In this document: piece after piece, positions 23,901 to 33,600 of the stretch | How the letters are laid out: each line of letters opens with the position of its first letter | How positions within the stretch are numbered: position 1 is the stretch's first letter | Assembly (NCBI GenBank): GCA_964019335.1 | Contig: OZ025653.1 | Coordinates: 434,001 to 498,000 of the forward strand | Length of the DNA: 64,000 nucleotides | From: Diplonema japonicum | Lineage: Eukaryota; Protista; Euglenozoa: Diplonemea | Direction of reading: 5' to 3' | Notes under the pieces: model-generated | The model's input: the letters and a program-made list of their open reading frames with translations, nothing else | The model's database searches: none | What the model was told of the DNA's origin: nothing | Position numbers and translations under genes: made by a program

Positions 23901-24734
23901 GAATTTTCTGTGCGGTGGGAGCTGACCCCCGTTGTTGTTCAGTATTTTTTCCCAGTACCCGAGATAACGTATTTGAGATGGGATGGTGACGCCCTTCCCG
24001 TCGTGGGTCCGGGCTTTTCCGAAAATTTGAAGCGCTTCCTGCGCGGACATATAACTGTTATTCTCAGCGGCTTGGGATAGAAGCAACGCGCCGAGCATCA
24101 TTCCGGTTCGACCCTTGCCGGCTTTACAGTGCACGGCAATGACGTTAGATGTATGTTCATCGAGCCAGGTAATGGCATCTTCAACAAAGCTGGGAATGAG
24201 TGAGATAGGAACAGGGGGGTTGTGGTCGTCGAAGGGGAACCGGACGTGATGCCCCCCGAATCGGGCGTTCGTGTCGTAAGTTCGTTCGCTGCACAGATTG
24301 TACACTCTGAAGTGGCCTGTATGCCGGGTTGTGAAGAACTTCTCAACATCATCTATTTGGTTACGGTAATACCCTTCAGTCCCTGATGATGGGAACCCCA
24401 TCGCTACCAACCGTGGTGTGATGTATGTTAGGTCTAAGTCAAAACCGTCTTCTTGAAACCTGATTTTGTTTTTGCTTACGATTCCTCGAACGGTTTGGCT
24501 CGGGGTTTTCCGTTCGGTTTTTATTGTCATGCCCTTCGCGCCCAGCGCCCCACGTCTTTCCCGTTCAATAGGAATCGGTACCCCGCTTCCGTGCCTTGCT
24601 TTCTGCGTTCCGCCCATTTCCTCTTCTTCCAGCTCATCCTCATCCTCATCGTTCAAAGTGCAGTCCGTTCCGTACATTTTTGCCAAACGGAGGAAGTCGA
24701 CGCTCGCCCGCCGTGCCTCGGCGGGGAGATTCAT
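20994..24734 (-). CDS. PTEN-like phosphoinositide phosphatase with C2 domain and a long C-terminal extension
   Basis: VSKNKIRFQEDGFDLDLTYI, AMGFPS, VYNLCSER, PFDDHNPP, catalytic HCKAGKGRTG and GVTIPSQIRY. Confidence 0.92.
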   Translation of the reverse strand: MNLPAEARRASVDFLRLAKMYGTDCTLNDEDEDELEEEEMGGTQKARHGSGVPIPIERERRGALGAKGMTIKTERKTPSQTVRGIVSKNKIRFQEDGFDLDLTYITPRLVAMGFPSSGTEGYYRNQIDDVEKFFTTRHTGHFRVYNLCSERTYDTNARFGGHHVRFPFDDHNPPVPISLIPSFVEDAITWLDEHTSNVIAVHCKAGKGRTGMMLGALLLSQAAENNSYMSAQEALQIFGKARTHDGKGVTIPSQIRYLGYWEKILNNNGGQLPPHRKFTLDYLRIFALKDKIDLYFTVTLGEKDNKKEIYDSRRDFSSKSAHRDTGYHFDLTSSHINVVCSGDVLYKVKKSKVIGSDETLFMFWVNLDVEGWDTNNMKVCLVKDEIDKAVKDKSNDLYKRELSVELSFFEYVAGSPSVSALRGMCVSPVYSPLRGPMSPHKAPVSPSVNALPGRYSPAKTPLVLSPAAGPSSLLSPPGSPEETFSIDFSFPSQHAPRKRGASGREVTGYLRISRLRAAGIVLGDDSFSDQVRCKITVGTFTQQTELTTIVNSTAMWRVPSSFQPFRISRDTFPTIELEVVDSTHGSVGTATVHLLEMLPPFPEWGSSSSIRVLSDMWKSGASLEGGDGEGTVQLQGMFDLTNKMKAFALLPYCVTALAAAIASESCEDSLLTYANTVSNTALGILVDSPSGSPLSSLTGSPLLPSRESSPRKERHVQLLRALEKSDFSPPQAYLGTFQHRRDGIRKVDTFMLLKEQFIRYEEKDKVDLTLLDDRPVCRLSPHTLQTPNGEYGIKLDGYEVRCRTTPERNKWLQLFASLEDDLSETTAECARLALEEQSERSLIDAEAAWGYSGLLRHHLTSLLEQSQNESASLAAHARRLQNSQRKLELEKRKMKQQAEQMRLETLEMNALNARRNSRSGSEMTSSSPLPHLYDSAKPTSPLLSGSTYTNGSPMSDGQKSPPSGDYGSELSEPGTPMTPMSAGKSFRRVRLSDTGCQTTFEDTGFHSAAEEQQYTGSDFSSIHDLRVLLVNNFVANKEVVQCVLTVAAACAGVACATLIDARCIIVFEAEDSSRLDAWERKREEVARNWPILVRTEEVHQESERALRERLTRTLVSTIMMMRRHQKVTLMRKWMHRWELWRRVRTVPKLAPASLTFPAGFIGGVGTPLSSPQRTSTSPQPHNQPFRSRASPSKSFEPSLFPSVPSPLRSPKNPNSCTCLPFQRPPASPRGKGFCTRCSKCWRNIEL

Positions 24735-25605
24735 TATGGACTTTATTTTGACGCTCTTTTCTTTCGACTAGTCAGGCTTTTCTTTACCCCATTTTTCACC
24801 TTTCTTCTTCCTTTTTTTTTTTCTTTTATTTATTTTTCCTGGGTACGAAGTTTTAAGTGTTCGAAGAAGAAAAAAAAAACGGAGGGGAAAAAAAAAAACG
24901 AGACAGCCCTGACAAGATGAAAAGAGGGGTAAAAAGAAAAAAAAGGGGGGGGGGAAGAAAAAAAACCAAAGGGAACGTTTGGGGGAAATGAAAAAAAATA
25001 TTAATATAACAGCAGGGACTAGGGATCGCCTAGCGACGATCACCTCATCTTGGCATACACCCTTTCTGTCGTGGTGCTGCCTTTGGCCCGTTGTCGTCGT
25101 ACTTAGTCAGCTTGGGCGTGAAACCAACCAGCGAGTTGTTGAGGATGCAAAATGTTCGCAGTGCCCCTCTAGGATAGGGTGGGTGGCCTTCGAGACTAAA
25201 TAAATTATATATAACCCCCCCCCCCCCCCCCCCCCGTGAACAATATTTCTTTTTAATAAAAAAAAGCCTTTTCTTTCCTGCCTATCTCTGAAAATACAGG
25301 TGTAACAAAGTAAAATCACTCCAGGGAGGGCTCGGTAATACCTTTCCCATAAAGCCCTTCCTGCTTGTTTCTCCCCTTGCTTCCCCATCATTTTCCGTTT
25401 TTTTTTTTGCTTTATTAGGTATAAAATATGTCAAAAAAAATATCAATCGAAGTTCGAAGAGGGGGACTGAAAATAAAATAAAAAAAATGCAAAGATTTCT
25501 GTAAGCACAGCCCCTCCCACAAAGGGGTGTCCCAACCTAGGATGAAAAAAAAAAAAGCTATACAAAAAAGTTATACAAAAAAAAAGATAAATAAAAATAT
25601 ATTGT

Positions 25606-27565
25606 CTAAGACTGCTCCTCAAGCTTCATTCGTCTTGAGGTTGAGAAGAGCACTCCACTGCTGCAACGGCTATGGGAAGAATCAGATCGTGTCGATGAAG
25701 AGGAAGGAGAAGACGGTGAAGAGGAAGATCGGTTCCCTGTAGAGGGTTCGGTTGCGTCGAGAGGAGTGAGGGGTTCCTTGGGAAGCTGGATGCTCGCCCT
25801 TCTCCTTACAAGAGGTGTATCTGGTGAAGAGAGCGATTTTATGCTTGAACGACGAAATCCTGTTGCCATTGGAGGGGACTGTGGTTCCGCCATTTCCGGT
25901 TCATCAGCTTCTTCTTCATCTATCACGTCAGGCAGAGGCGGGGGCGAGGTCACGCTGCTCCTCCTCACTGTTCCCATTGGACTGTCAGGCGGGACGCTGT
26001 TGCTGCTGGATGCCGATCTTGGTGACACACCAACCCCTTCCTCTTCTTCTTGCTCGATTTCAATGTCAGGCAGATCTGCTTCTTCCAATTCCTTCACCCT
26101 CCCATCCTCGTACCCCATGGCTTCTATTGGTCCCTCCTCTTCCTCTTCACACACTTCTTCTTCTTCTTGTTTCGCAACCCGATACGACGTCCCAGGGCTG
26201 TGCGGGTTCGGTGCTCCATTCGCTGGCGACACCTCCGACTCCAGAGTCTCTTGTTCGTCATACGTATCATTTCTTGTCGCCACTTCTTTCGGTTCAACGA
26301 CCTTCTGCTCTTCCTTGTCGGTGATCACGCCATTCAGTCTTGCGTTTTCTTTACGCAACATTTCGATCTGAGGTGATATGTTGTCAACACAGAATGAAGC
26401 ATACCTCCTTCCGCAGCCCTTCTGCCTCGCTGGTGTCGACCTTCGTTGTGATTTCAGATTCAGGTTCCGGGTTCGTCCTGTCGCTCTTGCCGCTCCCCTG
26501 TGCAGGTGGTGTGGTGGTGGTGATGCAACATACCTTTGAAGGGTTCCTTCTGATGGCTGTGCGCACAGTTGCATCAGAAGAGCCCGAGATAGGTGAAAGA
26601 GGTGTGGATGCTGCTTTAGGTTCTGGTTTGGGCGGCTGTGCTACGAGAGCTGCCTCCGCATCTTCAGCTTCCTTCTTGGCACGCAGCTCTGCCTTGCGCT
26701 CCTCGATCATCTGGGCACGCTTCTTGTCTATCTCACGGAGGTCGGAATGGCACACGGGAGGGCCCTTCCGCCTCCTGGTAAGGGACACCATTGGGCTGTC
26801 TGTGGGTGTACCGAAAAGCTTTGGGCTCGGTTTTGTAGCTGAGATAAAATTGCTTTCTATCTGCCTGTTTTGGTGGTTCACAGACTGTCGCCGTTCTTGG
26901 GACTCGGCGTTGCGGCGGCGGTCGATTTCTCGGTTCTCCGTGAGCCGACTGGGGGACTGCGAGGGACGGCGTTTGAAGGGCAGCGCAGGAGGAGGGTTGA
27001 AGGCTCCAGTGTGTCGTGACACCCTGGTCGGAGGGGCTGTTGAAGGGCACCATTTGTCAGGACTCTCGAAGGATGTATTCTCGTACCCAGCACGGAGCGT
27101 TTGGCACCAGTGGTTCCGCGGTTTAAGCACGTCATCAGTGGTAGACCGTCCCAGCGATGTTACTTTGTTTGCTTTTTCAGCTTCAAGATTTTTGTGGTAT
27201 GACTCCGACCACTTGGAGTTCCCAAAGCTCGATCTGCGAGAAGCGGAGCTACACCTTCCAGGGGTTGATTCGTCTTCTCTTCTGTGTTTTTCTTTCTCGC
27301 GTTCTTCTTTCCGTTGCAGCCACTGGGTTCTCCCATAGCTGGAGATTCTCTTCGGGCTGTCTTCAGGTCGTCTTTGAAGGGGGGCTTGAGGAGGGGTTGA
27401 CGGTGCTGCTGCACGTAACGGAACCGGTTTTAAAATGTCTTCATCTACTGCTTGGGCCCTTCGTTTTTTCACCCAAGCTGTGGCGCCGTAGGTCAACGTA
27501 CGAGTCTCTGCCTTTGATGGCTTCCCGATTGCATTTTTTGGTTGTAGCTGTGGATCCTCGTTCAT
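25606..27565 (-). CDS. Low-complexity Ser/Pro/Arg- and Glu-rich protein (1 intron)
   Basis: Intron 26404-26368 (37 nt) joins LRKE|IEMLRKENARL in frame. Confidence 0.72.
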
Positions 27566-28354
27566 AACCCCGCTCCTGTAGTATTGATGAAGGGAGGGGG
27601 ACCATTAAAAAAAAGGCAGGTTTTTAGAAAAGAAGAATGGAAAGAAGAAAAAAAAAACCCCCATTTTCAGTTTCTTTTTTTTTTGTCTCATTATTTTGAG
27701 GGAGGAACTCAAGGAAAAGAGAACGAGGGGGGAAGAAAAAGAAATTGGGGGCAGGGGAGGATATAAAAAAAAAACAAAAAAAAAGATATCGCGCTTTTTT
27801 TCTTCTCTTTTTTTCTTCTTTTTTTTTTTTTTTTTTTCAACGTTCTCCAACACCTTGCCAAAGGTGCCTGTCCCTCACAGCATGGACATTTTAAATATTC
27901 TTCTCTTGTGGCCCCATTTATTCTTATTTTTTTTTCCCCTCCTTGTTGAAAAAAAAATACGAAGTTTTTCACCCACCGTCCCACCCCCGAGGCAAGTTTA
28001 ATATAAAAAAAGAGGGGTTAAGGAAAGGAAGGGAAAGGGACTACGAAGAATAAAGGTAGAAAAAGAAAAGGAAAAGGAAAAGCTTGCGGCATTTTAATCA
28101 AAAAGAAAAAGACAATTCTCTGTTCTTAAAAGGAAAAAAAAAAAAAAAAACAAAAAAAAACCCAATTTTCTCCTCTTTTTTTTTTCTCTAAACGACGGGG
28201 CAAGATTTCTCATATGAGCCTTTCCTTTTTTATTTTATTTCCCCCCTTTTTTTTTTTGTAATATGCCAAACGATAAATGGTAAGTAAGTAAGTAGATTAG
28301 AATTAAAGAAGACTCTCCCCGGGGGATAGTATAGGGGTTCTTCTTTGGGTGTAC

Positions 28355-29896
28355 TTAGTTCAAAAGATCCTGCAAGCATTGGCTCACGTCCCCGTTGCGT
28401 GCCTCAAGCACGCACTTCAGCCTGTCGACGTCAGTGAAGCCCATGCTGGTGAGACTGCCAAGTTCCTCTTGGTACCTAAAGCCGTGGTGCGACCTGCCGA
28501 CGGTCCATGATGCCTCACAGTGGTTGTGTCGGGACCTTCCCCTGCAGTTCTGAGTGTGGCCCCTCTGGCGGCCTGAACGGCACCTCCCACAGCAGTATTT
28601 TTGGTTTGGCAAGCAAGTCTCCAGAAGCATCAACTCACACCCAGCACACTGCCTCCCAGCAGGAGGTGCTGACGCATCAATATAGTCACTACGGTACCCG
28701 GGAATGCAGTCCTTGAACTCCTGAAGGTGCTCCACCGTTGCAAAGGCAGGCTCCGCAAGCGCCTTGCTCAGAATCTCATCGCCGCCCAGCCCAAGAGCCA
28801 TCGTCAACGGTGCCACGCACTCCACCCTGTTGAGCTTCGCCTGCACCCTGGCGGAGTTGTACCATGCCGTTGCGTTGTCAGCGTCCAGGTCTGTGGACAT
28901 CTCGAACCACAGCGCTGCCCCTTCAAAGTCGTGCTTGCTGTACTGGGTCTCGCCTAGGCTGATCAGCTTCTGCACGATGGCGGGGAGAGACGTCACTTTA
29001 AAGTAGCATGTTGTCGATGTGAGGGTTGCAGAAAGCCAGTCACCGCACCCTAGGCTCTCAGGGGTCATCACGCCGTCGATCATCAGGTCCACGTAGGCAC
29101 CGCCGAAGAGACGCCTTGCGATCTTCTCGACTTTTGCAGATTCCACAGGGTCGTAGAAAACATGGGCAGTCGTCTCCGCAGTCGCTACCTCCTCCACAGT
29201 CATCTCCCCGATGGCTCCCTCCGCTGTGGGTGACAGGGGAGGGGAAGGAACGGGGTCGAAGGTCTCCTGGTCGAAGAAGGGGATTTGTGGTTGCTCCTCC
29301 ACTGACTGTGCAACCTCTTCTTGTTCGGGTTCCTCCTGTTCCTGTTCCTGTTCTTGTTCCTCCTGCTGAACCTCATCTTGTGTGAGAATGGTGAGTGCAG
29401 CAAGGGTGTCCTCGATGGGGACGGGTTCCTCGTCTTCAGTGCTTTCCTCTTCAGATGTCTCTTCGTCCGAAAGGATGGATGCCGTCTGCTTGTTCTGCGA
29501 AGACAGCATCATGTCCACAACCTCTCGGGTGGTATCCATGGCATCCCCTGACACTAGAGGGAGGGATGTGGTTGAAGCCACAGATGAAGCTATCGAAGCT
29601 ATCGAGCTGATCGACGAGGCACGCGATCGGGCACCAGCCCTGATCACGATCTTCACAAAGGAGCAGGTGTTGTGGCCCTCTCTCCAGACATTGAGGCACT
29701 CCTCCCACTCCTCTTTCGTGTCCATCAGGATCTCATCACCCTCGTCGTCGATGTAATTCAAGGAAAACCCGCCACGCACCCACTCCCCCACCACTCTCTT
29801 CACCACCTCGATAGTGGGCTTGTGCAGCCTGATCCTCCTGTTCTGGCGGCTGTCTCCACGCACTATCGCTACCTTCAACGGGACATCGTGGTTCAT
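28355..29896 (-). CDS. PB1-TPR-Cys/His cluster-UBA protein (p62/NBR1-like receptor architecture)
   Basis: PB1 OPCA motif YIDDEGDEILM; TPR (AALWFEMSTDLDADNATAWYNSARVQAKL); C-terminal UBA (LTSMGFTD...VLEARNGDVSQCLQDLL). Confidence 0.8.
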   Translation of the reverse strand: MNHDVPLKVAIVRGDSRQNRRIRLHKPTIEVVKRVVGEWVRGGFSLNYIDDEGDEILMDTKEEWEECLNVWREGHNTCSFVKIVIRAGARSRASSISSIASIASSVASTTSLPLVSGDAMDTTREVVDMMLSSQNKQTASILSDEETSEEESTEDEEPVPIEDTLAALTILTQDEVQQEEQEQEQEQEEPEQEEVAQSVEEQPQIPFFDQETFDPVPSPPLSPTAEGAIGEMTVEEVATAETTAHVFYDPVESAKVEKIARRLFGGAYVDLMIDGVMTPESLGCGDWLSATLTSTTCYFKVTSLPAIVQKLISLGETQYSKHDFEGAALWFEMSTDLDADNATAWYNSARVQAKLNRVECVAPLTMALGLGGDEILSKALAEPAFATVEHLQEFKDCIPGYRSDYIDASAPPAGRQCAGCELMLLETCLPNQKYCCGRCRSGRQRGHTQNCRGRSRHNHCEASWTVGRSHHGFRYQEELGSLTSMGFTDVDRLKCVLEARNGDVSQCLQDLLN

Positions 29897-30101
29897 CTTA
29901 GTAGCCAGCAACCTGTGTTTCCGTTTATCTTTCAAGAAAAGAATAGAGAAACCAACAACAACAAAAAAAGATACAAAAATATAACAATAAAAAAAATAAA
30001 AAAATAAAAGTAAATCAGAAAACCTGAAAGAAAGGCTGTGCAGAAGAAAAGAAAGACAAAGTAAAAAAAAAAAAACTCGATAAAATTTCAGTGTGCATGG
30101 G

Positions 30102-30152
<51 letters not shown>

Positions 30153-30614
30153 CTCTATTTTCTTTATGATGTGCATTTGTTAATGTCCACCATGGGGCGA
30201 CCCGCTGACCTACCGTTTGCTTCAAAAAAATGGAATATATGGTAGGCCTCCTTCTCTCGAAACCAGGATCTCTTGCAGTTGTTACTGGGGGCGAAAAGGA
30301 GAAAAAAGAGGGGGGGGGGAAATGTGGTGATTGCACCTCATGGAAAGTAGAATGAGGGAGCATTTCCCCCCCCCCCTTTTTTTTCCCACCGACTGTTGTT
30401 TGCAGCACTTTTTAATTTTTTTTATTGAGATAAAAAAAAAGGGGGGTGGTGGGGATGGGAAGTGTGGGAATATGCAACAAAATGCTTGTTGCGACTTAAC
30501 GTTCTGTATTGTTTGTAGTTCCATCTCAGAAGAAGAAAAAAAAGTGCAAAGACGAAGAAAGGGCAATCGACCCCTTTAAAAAAAAAAACAAATAAAAAAA
30601 AAAAAAAAACCACT

Positions 30615-33600
30615 TTAACGGAAACCATCGTGCACAGCATTGTTGTCATATTGCTCCAGTTCGGTCAGCCAGTGGATTCGGAGAATGGGGAATATTTCAT
30701 CGAAAGAAACGCTGCCCTCCGCAGTGTCGTCGATCTAGGTGAAGGTTTGCGACAAAAAAAAAAAATTAAAGAGGTAAAAGGAAATCCCTGATCTGGGACT
30801 TCCTGTCTTGTTCTTCTACCTGCCCCTATCTCCCTTCAGCGGCTTCGGTCTTTCCTTTTTGGGCTGAGCCCGCTCCCTCATGGCGCTCACCCGCTCCTTC
30901 TGCCACTGCTGTCTCAGTTTCTGGAGGTCCTTCTTCGTCTGTTCCGAGACGTGCAGCGGTCTTCTGTCCCAGCCCAAGACCTTTCTCCCCCCTATGGTCC
31001 TCACGCCGTGGTTCCGCCGTTGCTCCGCCGGTATGGCTCTGTGTCCCCTGACCTTCCTCCTCCACCTCCGGGTCGTATGTGTGTCCTTTATGGAGGATTG
31101 ATAGCACTGCCGCCGGGTTTCGTGTCCTGTACCTCGGTCCCCACAAGGCACGCGACGCCACCTTCGTCAGTTTTGCGAGATATCCATCCGATGGTGGGGA
31201 GAAGGCTACGTCGTACAGGCAGCTCGGTATTATTATTGAAAAAAAAAAAAAAAATTTGATAAATTTCGGTGTGCGGGTGGGTGCTCACCGTTCAGGGAGA
31301 AATTCACACTAATCGGTCACCGTTCTGCGGTTGCTGTCTGGTGCCTGCAATGGCTGTTTGTCGCGATGAGATGGACGGCATCTGGGCGAGAAACATTGCT
31401 TGGAGTCGTGCTAGGTAGGGGGCGGTTTGGCTCGAGGAGAAGAGTGGTCTCCTGTCGTAGCCGTGTGTCGTCGGGCCCCCAAGATGTCGAAGGGTGTGTA
31501 CCCTTGTCTTTGCGTTGGCGGGGAAAGCATTCTTCCCACTCTTTGCTGTGCATTTCTGAATACGTCCTAAGATGTATCGCATCCTTCCAGCCTTCTCTGT
31601 GAGCCAGTCCTGGTCGTCGAGGGGTCCAGCCAAGGACTGCCGGGTGGCCTGCTCATAGTCTACTGCGAGCTCCATCGTCGTGACGGACGTCAACTTCCTG
31701 CCTGCGTACCATCTTAGGCTTTTCAGCCACCTGAGGACGCTCTTCATGTAGAACATTAGGACCTTTCCCGACGCTCCGTTCGATTTCAACAGCTCCACTG
31801 TGGGCACAGTGTGCTGCTTCCCCGTTGTGATCTCATCCCACGGGTTGGTGGTGAGGATTCTGGTGCTCCGTTCAGCCGCTCTGGCGTCTCGTCTTGTCAC
31901 GACATCCAACAGGTATCGTTGCACGACTGCCGCCTGTTGCTTCGCAGCCCCCGTTGCGCCTCTTGGAATGATCCCGTGGAGGGCGGTCACTGCAGGTAGG
32001 TCACTTCGTGTCATCCCGCCATATCTTTCGTTTGTCAGGGCAGCTCTCGCTGGTGCACATTCCCATAGGGCGTGCTCCGTGACTTCTGTCGTCGTCTGGC
32101 ATCGATGGTCGCAGACGTCGCACGCAAGAGACGAGCTTTCCACACCCTCACGTTCATCCAATTGCTTCCCCCACACTCGAGGGTGTACCGTGAACACTGC
32201 ACCGCTGATGATCCGCCGCAGTCTGTACGATATCAGCGGTCTCCGTGACTGGAGCTTCCTCCACCAGGCGTTCGTGGACGGACATGCACCCGCTTCCATT
32301 CCAGCAAAAGACGACCTGCCGTGGATCAATTCCTTTGCAACAGCCGGTCTGATCGCCTGTCTTACTTCATGGCGTCTCGCACTGGGCACCAGAGCGCGCA
32401 AACCTTCAATGAAGGACCACCCCTTGTTCAGGAAGGGTAGCCACCTCTTCAGCAAGACCCCTAGCGGCCCCCTCTCCTCGTCGTCCTCTCGCTCCCGGTA
32501 CAGTGTAACAATCTCATTGACTCGCTGCCACAGTTGTGGGGAGGTGAGGCTTTCTCGCACCAGGCAGTTCACCGTGTTGTAAACAATCTTCGCTTGTGGA
32601 TATGCTGTGTGTCCAGGTAACAGCACATTGAGCACAGCCATCGGGGATCTCATCCTGAAGCGCGGTCCCCATAGGGAAGTCACCGTCGCTGTACAGAGTT
32701 TCTTCAGCTGGTTGTCAGACGGCGCAGCGTAGGTCGTACCGTATAGACAGGATGGTAGCACAGTGCCCGTCAGCATTGACGCCTTGTTCCCGAAGCTTAA
32801 TGGCAATGCACCAAGCCGGGACAAACGGCCTTCGGCGGAATGTAGCTTGTCCAAACTATGTTTCCCGTTCATGTTCAGGATCACGCCAAGCGCCTTGATC
32901 CCCTTCGTCACTCTGAACGATGAGCCTGTGCACTTCAACCAAGGGCCGATCTCATCCTTCGTCGAGAATGCTTGTGACTTGTTTTCGTTAAGGCGCATGC
33001 CTGTCCGCTCGCAAAACTCGATTGTTTTGTTGGTCGCTCTCTTGAGTACCTCGACCAAACGCGCAAGTAGGTACGCGTCGTCCGCGTACGACAGCGATCG
33101 CGAGCCAGGTACCTCAGCAATCACGCACTTCACCATCACTGACACCAGAGCGTTCACCAGGATGACGGAGATTGGACACCCTTGGAGAATTCCATTTGTC
33201 ACGTGGAACTCGGAACCCACGCCAGTAGGGAAGCGGAAACGTCTTTTGAGGCCTGCGTACATCGCTTTGAGCGGGGTCAGTATCCTCTGGTGCAAACCCA
33301 GGTCTTGCATAAGCCCGAACGCTACTTTCTGTGGCACCCTGTCGAAGCACTTGACGAAGTCCAGTGCTATGCCGTTAAGAGGGGTGTTGGTCAGCATCGC
33401 CGTCTCCAGCTGCGTGCTGAGCTCCATCAGGATGCTGTCCGTCCCGTGACGTGGTCGAAAACCATGCTGCGAGTCGTCCGCCCATTTCTCTTGCCATGGC
33501 GATATATCACGCAACCTGGCACAGGCCCACAGTCTGTAGACCGCACTCGTGACTGTGATGGGGCGGTGGTTGAGCGGAGTCCTCTCGCCTCCCTTCGGGA

